A stretch of 48,954 nucleotides of DNA from an uncultured Candidatus Saccharibacteria bacterium (lineage in GTDB: Bacteria > Patescibacteriota > Minisyncoccia > UBA6257 > UBA9933). The stretch lies in NCBI GenBank assembly GCA_964428615.1, contig CAYRXZ010000004.1, positions 1 to 48,954 on the forward strand. The letters run 5' to 3'. The notes below the pieces were generated by a model. The model searched no databases, was not told the DNA's origin, and saw only the letters and a list, made by a program, of their open reading frames with translations. Shown here in pieces: positions 44,001-48,954 of the stretch (within the stretch, counting starts at the first letter, position 1; each line of letters opens with the position of its first letter). Position numbers and translations under genes: made by a program.

Positions 44001-47000
44001 ATTACAAAACCTCTCTTAATCGAATAAGCCAATAATCTTTCTTTAATTTTATCAAATCTACGCCAAGAATTATAGCTTACCGCTAAAACATTTTCATTAA
44101 TCATAGAGATATTAATTCCCGGTTTTCCCCATTGGTAAAGCAAAATGGAAAAATCAACGGAATTTACTTGTGTGTCTTTATTAATATCAACACAAGGATT
44201 CATAAATGGCGGTTGAGTCTTCCAGAAGTAAAGCAATATTGAAAAATCAACGGAATTTACTACACCGTCATGATTAAAATCAGCGCCGCTACAAGCTGTT
44301 GGAAGAATTGGAGTTGGGGGTGGGGGTAAAGTTCCGCCACCACCACCACCGCCGCCACTAGGAGGAGATGATGGAGTTGACAAATTAAATGTTGCTGTAA
44401 CTGATCTAGCTTCCGTCATTGTGACCACGCAACTTCCAATGCCACTACAAGCTCCTGACCAACCGGCAAAAGTAGAATCGGAACTAGGAGCGGCAGTCAA
44501 AGTCACAGCTGTTTCATTTGCATAATTTTCAGTACAATCGCTTCCGCAACTGATTCCTCCTGGATTACTAGTTACGGTTCCAGAACCGGTGCCACTCCTT
44601 GATACGCTAAGTAAATAAGTTGTCGCGCTGCTAATTGCATTAAATTGCTGAACAGCTGGAGACATCTCTGTCCCCCAATAAACATAGATTTTAAACCAAT
44701 ACGTTCCTATTGTTGAGACAGTTAAACTGTCTAAATTGACCGTAAATTCGTTCGCAACACCCGGTTCAATCCATTTTGATCTCACCGCATAATCAATATC
44801 ATCGCTGCCACCACATTGATTGTCCTGGCTATCAACTATGCAATATTCGTATCGATATTCATAACCGGCCGTACCTTCATTGGTAATTGTAATATTGGCA
44901 ATAATATCTTCTATTGTATTATCAACAATAGAATTTATTTTAACCTGCGCCGGCGAACCTTCCACTTCCCAGTAATCGCTCTGTGTTATAATTTTCCCAG
45001 GTTCAACTTCCACCGATATTTCAGTTTCCCAAAGACCCTGCCCTGCATCTAAAGGCACGGTGTAGGTAAATTCATAAATCCCTATTCCTGTCTTCACCAC
45101 CGAAATATCGGCTGGGTTAACAATATTTCTTGTTGCAGTATAAATTTTTATTGTCGAACTGCTATTAGTTGGGGTAGTATAAGGATCCGTCGGTATACTT
45201 TGATAATCCAAAATCCAAATTTTAGCCCTATAAGTTTTGCTTGTCGCTACTTCACCGACATCAGAAATAATCACCGACCAATCTGAAACATCGAATTTAT
45301 TAACCACAAAGGGAATAGTACTGTAGGCCTCTTTGCCATCATAAACTGCCTTTGTTCTGACCTCATAAGTGCCGACCGGCGTACTGGTTGTCAATGCAAA
45401 ACTAAACTTAAAGAATCCGGTTACCTGCTCTGTTGAAGTGCCATTAATTAGAAGATTCCCATCGGGTTTGTAAACCTCAACAGTGGTAGTAGCGCTAACC
45501 AAATTATTTAATGCATCATAAACCGTGGAGTAGACATTAATCGTTTCTCCCGGAATATAAACCGCTCCAACACTAGAAATAATTCTTAGAGCTCTAACTT
45601 CACTGCTGACTACAAAGCTGTCTACGTCGTAAGCAATAGTGCTTGTTGCATAAACTGCTTTTGTCCTTACTTCATATGTTCCTATCGGCGTAGAAGACGC
45701 TAAATTGAAGGTGAATCCAAAAAATCCGGTTGATGCTTCTGTTGATGTCCCACTCACCATAAGGGAACCGTTCGGATAATAAACAGAAACTGTTGTTGTT
45801 GCGCTCGTTAGACTTCCTGCCGAGTCAGTTACTGTTGAATAAACGCTTACCCCTTCTCCTGGCGTATAGAATGAACCGACGGTAGAATTAATATTTAAAT
45901 CTTTAGGCTCTATTTCTTGAGTTGAAAATTCTTGCACGCCGACATAGGAAGCGCCCGAAACCGCACAGGAAACAATAGCTAAATAATTTGCTTTATTAGT
46001 TGCTGACCAAATATAACTGTATTTACCCACATCAAAATTGCTCATTCCTACACCGGAAAGCTCATCAGACTGACTAATAAGATTTCTGATTGTTAGTAAG
46101 ACGCTGGAATCGCAATTAATCGGCACGCCTGTTTTTGATTTAACAAAAGCTGTGACAACAAAATTGGTACCCGTTTTTACCAGAGCCGGAACAGTTACGG
46201 TTATACTTGGAGGATATTCACTTGGAGCTTGAAATACCTTAAATGCCAAGTTAGTCTGCACTTCATTGCCTTGATAAGTGGCAACTATTCTTACAGCATA
46301 AGTTCCCAAGGGAGTACTGGTAGCCAAAGTGGTCGTTGCCTTGAAAAAGCCTGTGAGCTGTTCGTTGGCCAGCATGCTTGTCAAAAGACTGCCATCGGGT
46401 TTATAGAAATAAACATTAACTGTGGCGCTCACCGCTTGGCCGCTTGAATCAAGCACTGTGGCAAAAGTGCTTATTTCTTCACCCGGATAATAGAAACTGC
46501 CGACGCTGGCAAAAATATTTAACGGTAATCCGCCTCCAGAACTACTACCACCGCTCGTCACTAATCCGCCCAGATCAACATAGCCACCTAATCCTTCAAA
46601 AGCATAACTATAACCGCTGGCAAAAGTAATAGATTTTGTTGGTGAAACCAAAGAACCTGAACTTGTCGCATTACCAATTACCAAATCAACATAAAGCGTA
46701 TAATCTGTGCCATTAACTGTTGTAAATACGTCGGCTTTTTGTAATTTCAAATAAGCGTATAGGTCGTCAACCGATAACGTGCTTGTGCCATTAGTTAATA
46801 AAACTTGTCCACCATAGGAATAAACTGCCCTCACAGTTACCGCGTCATAACCGGCCACAAAACTTACAACGCCAGTCGAATAGTTAACCGAGTAAGCGGT
46901 CGTTGGTATTAATTCTTTGGTACTATCATTATACAAACCGAAGAATTCTGATTGGGTAATGGGCGTGTTGTTTAAAGTAATGGCATTATCTGTATCTACA

Positions 47001-48954
47001 TATTCTGTCTCGGCATCTGACCAAACTACCACAGTCGGCGCCGTGTAAGTAATTCCTGTTAATGCTTGCGCTTGAACTTCAGTTAAAGTCGTAAATGGAT
47101 CAACTTCTAATTGTTTTGTTTCAATTGTTTTAGCGGCGAATGTTTTAGCTTCTTTAATAAATTTCTTGCCGTATTTCTTGACTGTGACGGTATAGGGATT
47201 AAAATTCGTTGTTGAAGTGCCAGATACGGTTCTCTGAACTTGCCAAGTTGAGAGAATCTGCTCTGGAATCGCCCCTTGGCCGTCAGAAGTTTCGGTAAAC
47301 TGGGTATCGCCGAAAATATCCAAAGCTTTAATTTCCCCGCCGGAAACGTTCACGCCAGCCGTATCAACAAGTTTCGGTAAATAGCCATAGCTTTCTTTAA
47401 TAGTCGTTGTGCCTGTACCATAACCCCCGCCCCAATTCCAGCCGTAGGCCCTGCTCCAGATGGTGTTAATTAAATTGACTCCCCTCCCATCACCAGTAGC
47501 AATAACATCGAGCACGTTGTTGGAAAAAGTTGAATCTAAAATAGTAAGATTTGTATCGGCATCCATGGTTTCAATTGTTGTCACAGCAGCACCGGATCCG
47601 GTTTGATGGAAAGCTTGAATGACAATTATTGGAGGAAGAGTAGCACCACTTACTATACCGAATCCAGCAACATCAGTGGAATTGATTCTATTTATCTTCA
47701 TATCGTTAACAGTTACGTTTGGTGTATACATGAAATGCCCGCGAGAAGCTCTATCAAAGATAACCTTCCTTATTTCGACCGTTGAATCAGTACTAGAATA
47801 ATTATCGCCCGTGCCACCAATACCGCGATAAACAAACTTGCCCCAAGAAGAACCTACGTCAGACACATAGGAGTCGTAAAGCTTTAAAGTGCCGCCATTT
47901 ACATCAAGTAAAATATCGGTGGTGGTAGCAGAACTGAATTTAATAGAAACACCCTCTTGGGGAATATTATCCGTAATACCGCCGAATTGCGCTTCGGCGT
48001 ATTTATTAATATTTAGTTGAGGCATAACTACTGAAGAAAAGGAAAGGGACTCTCCTTTTGAGCTGACATAAGTAGTTGAAGCATTATTACCAATTTGAAG
48101 CTGGGATAATATGATATAAGCGCCGGTTGCCGGTTTCTGAACCGCGCAATCTCCTCTTACAGCCCTCCCATATTCAAAAATATTATAGAAAGTAATAGGG
48201 TGAGCAGCGTCATAACCCATCGGCGTTGTTGACGCGGTGCCTGAATCGCCCCAAACGGTAATAGTATCTGTGGAGCTGGCATAAGACATTGGATAATTAA
48301 GGGCATATTCGTAAACCGAATCAGGATCGCAGGATTGAGCTAAAGAAAAAGCTAAATTAGTAGATTTATCAATAACTACCTGACCGCTATAAGGAATGTA
48401 TTGGGTTTTTGTCAAACTTAGGGCGTGGGGTCCGTATTCAGTGGGCGTATTACCGCCGGCTTGAGTATAACGACGATAATTAACATTTTGAGTAGGAATA
48501 GTGCCGGAAGCGTTGGTTAGTTCTTCAAAAACCGTACCGAAATTATCCAAAAGTTTAATAGTTGCTTCATTAAGAGGATTTCCAACGGCATCTTTTACAG
48601 CGATATCAAAAGTATAGGCCTGATAGAAAGTTCCGGAAGAACCGGGCCAGGTGAAATTCCAGTTGTCGGAAAGCGCATTAATGACAGTGGCATTAAGAGA
48701 CCCAGCCGAAAAACCATAACCTGTTTTAGGATTAATAGTTTTATCTGTAGTTTCGGCAATTCCACCAACAACAGAATCACTACTTAATTGAAGGTCAATA
48801 TATAATGTATATTTTGAGCAGTCAAAGGTTCTAAAAGTGTCTGCTTTTTTCGCATGAGTGTAATCATAAATCTGGGAAGTAGTTCTACTGGCAGCGGTAA
48901 CCGTAATCTTGCCTCCATGAGAATAGACAAAGTTCAGAGTGTTGCCGGATTGAT
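43997..48954 (-). CDS. Giant surface protein (>1650 aa, 5' end outside window) with Ig/MG2-like repeats, InlB B-repeat-like domain and C-terminal dockerin
   Basis: Frame stays open from 48550 to the window edge (QSGNTLNFVYSHGGK...). Three YxPGE repeats; LSVSRSGTGSGTVTS..GISCGSDC; duplicated DxNxDxxVNSVDFSILLYxW. Confidence 0.85.
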   Translation of the reverse strand, partial: QSGNTLNFVYSHGGKITVTAASRTTSQIYDYTHAKKADTFRTFDCSKYTLYIDLQLSSDSVVGGIAETTDKTINPKTGYGFSAGSLNATVINALSDNWNFTWPGSSGTFYQAYTFDIAVKDAVGNPLNEATIKLLDNFGTVFEELTNASGTIPTQNVNYRRYTQAGGNTPTEYGPHALSLTKTQYIPYSGQVVIDKSTNLAFSLAQSCDPDSVYEYALNYPMSYASSTDTITVWGDSGTASTTPMGYDAAHPITFYNIFEYGRAVRGDCAVQKPATGAYIILSQLQIGNNASTTYVSSKGESLSFSSVVMPQLNINKYAEAQFGGITDNIPQEGVSIKFSSATTTDILLDVNGGTLKLYDSYVSDVGSSWGKFVYRGIGGTGDNYSSTDSTVEIRKVIFDRASRGHFMYTPNVTVNDMKINRINSTDVAGFGIVSGATLPPIIVIQAFHQTGSGAAVTTIETMDADTNLTILDSTFSNNVLDVIATGDGRGVNLINTIWSRAYGWNWGGGYGTGTTTIKESYGYLPKLVDTAGVNVSGGEIKALDIFGDTQFTETSDGQGAIPEQILSTWQVQRTVSGTSTTNFNPYTVTVKKYGKKFIKEAKTFAAKTIETKQLEVDPFTTLTEVQAQALTGITYTAPTVVVWSDAETEYVDTDNAITLNNTPITQSEFFGLYNDSTKELIPTTAYSVNYSTGVVSFVAGYDAVTVRAVYSYGGQVLLTNGTSTLSVDDLYAYLKLQKADVFTTVNGTDYTLYVDLVIGNATSSGSLVSPTKSITFASGYSYAFEGLGGYVDLGGLVTSGGSSSGGGLPLNIFASVGSFYYPGEEISTFATVLDSSGQAVSATVNVYFYKPDGSLLTSMLANEQLTGFFKATTTLATSTPLGTYAVRIVATYQGNEVQTNLAFKVFQAPSEYPPSITVTVPALVKTGTNFVVTAFVKSKTGVPINCDSSVLLTIRNLISQSDELSGVGMSNFDVGKYSYIWSATNKANYLAIVSCAVSGASYVGVQEFSTQEIEPKDLNINSTVGSFYTPGEGVSVYSTVTDSAGSLTSATTTVSVYYPNGSLMVSGTSTEASTGFFGFTFNLASSTPIGTYEVRTKAVYATSTIAYDVDSFVVSSEVRALRIISSVGAVYIPGETINVYSTVYDALNNLVSATTTVEVYKPDGNLLINGTSTEQVTGFFKFSFALTTSTPVGTYEVRTKAVYDGKEAYSTIPFVVNKFDVSDWSVIISDVGEVATSKTYRAKIWILDYQSIPTDPYTTPTNSSSTIKIYTATRNIVNPADISVVKTGIGIYEFTYTVPLDAGQGLWETEISVEVEPGKIITQSDYWEVEGSPAQVKINSIVDNTIEDIIANITITNEGTAGYEYRYEYCIVDSQDNQCGGSDDIDYAVRSKWIEPGVANEFTVNLDSLTVSTIGTYWFKIYVYWGTEMSPAVQQFNAISSATTYLLSVSRSGTGSGTVTSNPGGISCGSDCTENYANETAVTLTAAPSSDSTFAGWSGACSGIGSCVVTMTEARSVTATFNLSTPSSPPSGGGGGGGGTLPPPPTPILPTACSGADFNHDGVVNSVDFSILLYFWKTQPPFMNPCVDINKDTQVNSVDFSILLYQWGKPGINISMINENVLAVSYNSWRRFDKIKERLLAYSIKRGFVM

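Noticed and set aside
1-48954. Alternative genetic code (UGA=Gly, as in Gracilibacteria/Absconditabacteria)
   Set aside because: Conserved genes are full length under code 11 and several end at TGA with ATGA overlaps.

Overview
AT-rich (roughly one-third GC by eye), gene-dense bacterial chromosome segment using genetic code 11. Gene content and style point to Patescibacteria/CPR, probably Parcubacteria (inference): rplK without rplA, most genes lacking Shine-Dalgarno sites, and CPR-type T4SS-like and cohesin/dockerin gene sets. The housekeeping backbone is nusA (partial), dnaE, thrS, miaA, gatB, tmk, rplK-nusG-secE, gyrB, secA, hpf, murB, holA, mutM, rsmA, comM/yifB, a dksA-like gene, tRNA-Leu(GAG), rplS and an RluA-family gene. 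Notable non-routine elements: (1) a Thr T-box riboswitch with an ultra-short Stem I and a transcription terminator; (2) several short repeat families (a ~24-nt hairpin element, heptamer arrays, a 10-mer array) inserted in-frame inside conserved proteins; (3) a higher-GC dCMP deaminase + tandem-domain ThyX cassette beside tmk; (4) an unannotated 14-aa Lys-rich ORF with a structured leader and its own terminator; (5) a ~13 kb relaxase-free VirB4/VirB6/PrgI/pilin cluster with a pilin-peptidase fusion and an orphan kinase; (6) a TrpR-like gene bracketed by two perfect palindromes sharing a 16-bp core; (7) a giant dockerin-bearing surface protein followed by two membrane-anchored cohesin proteins. 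All product calls come from motif recognition by eye; no searches were run.
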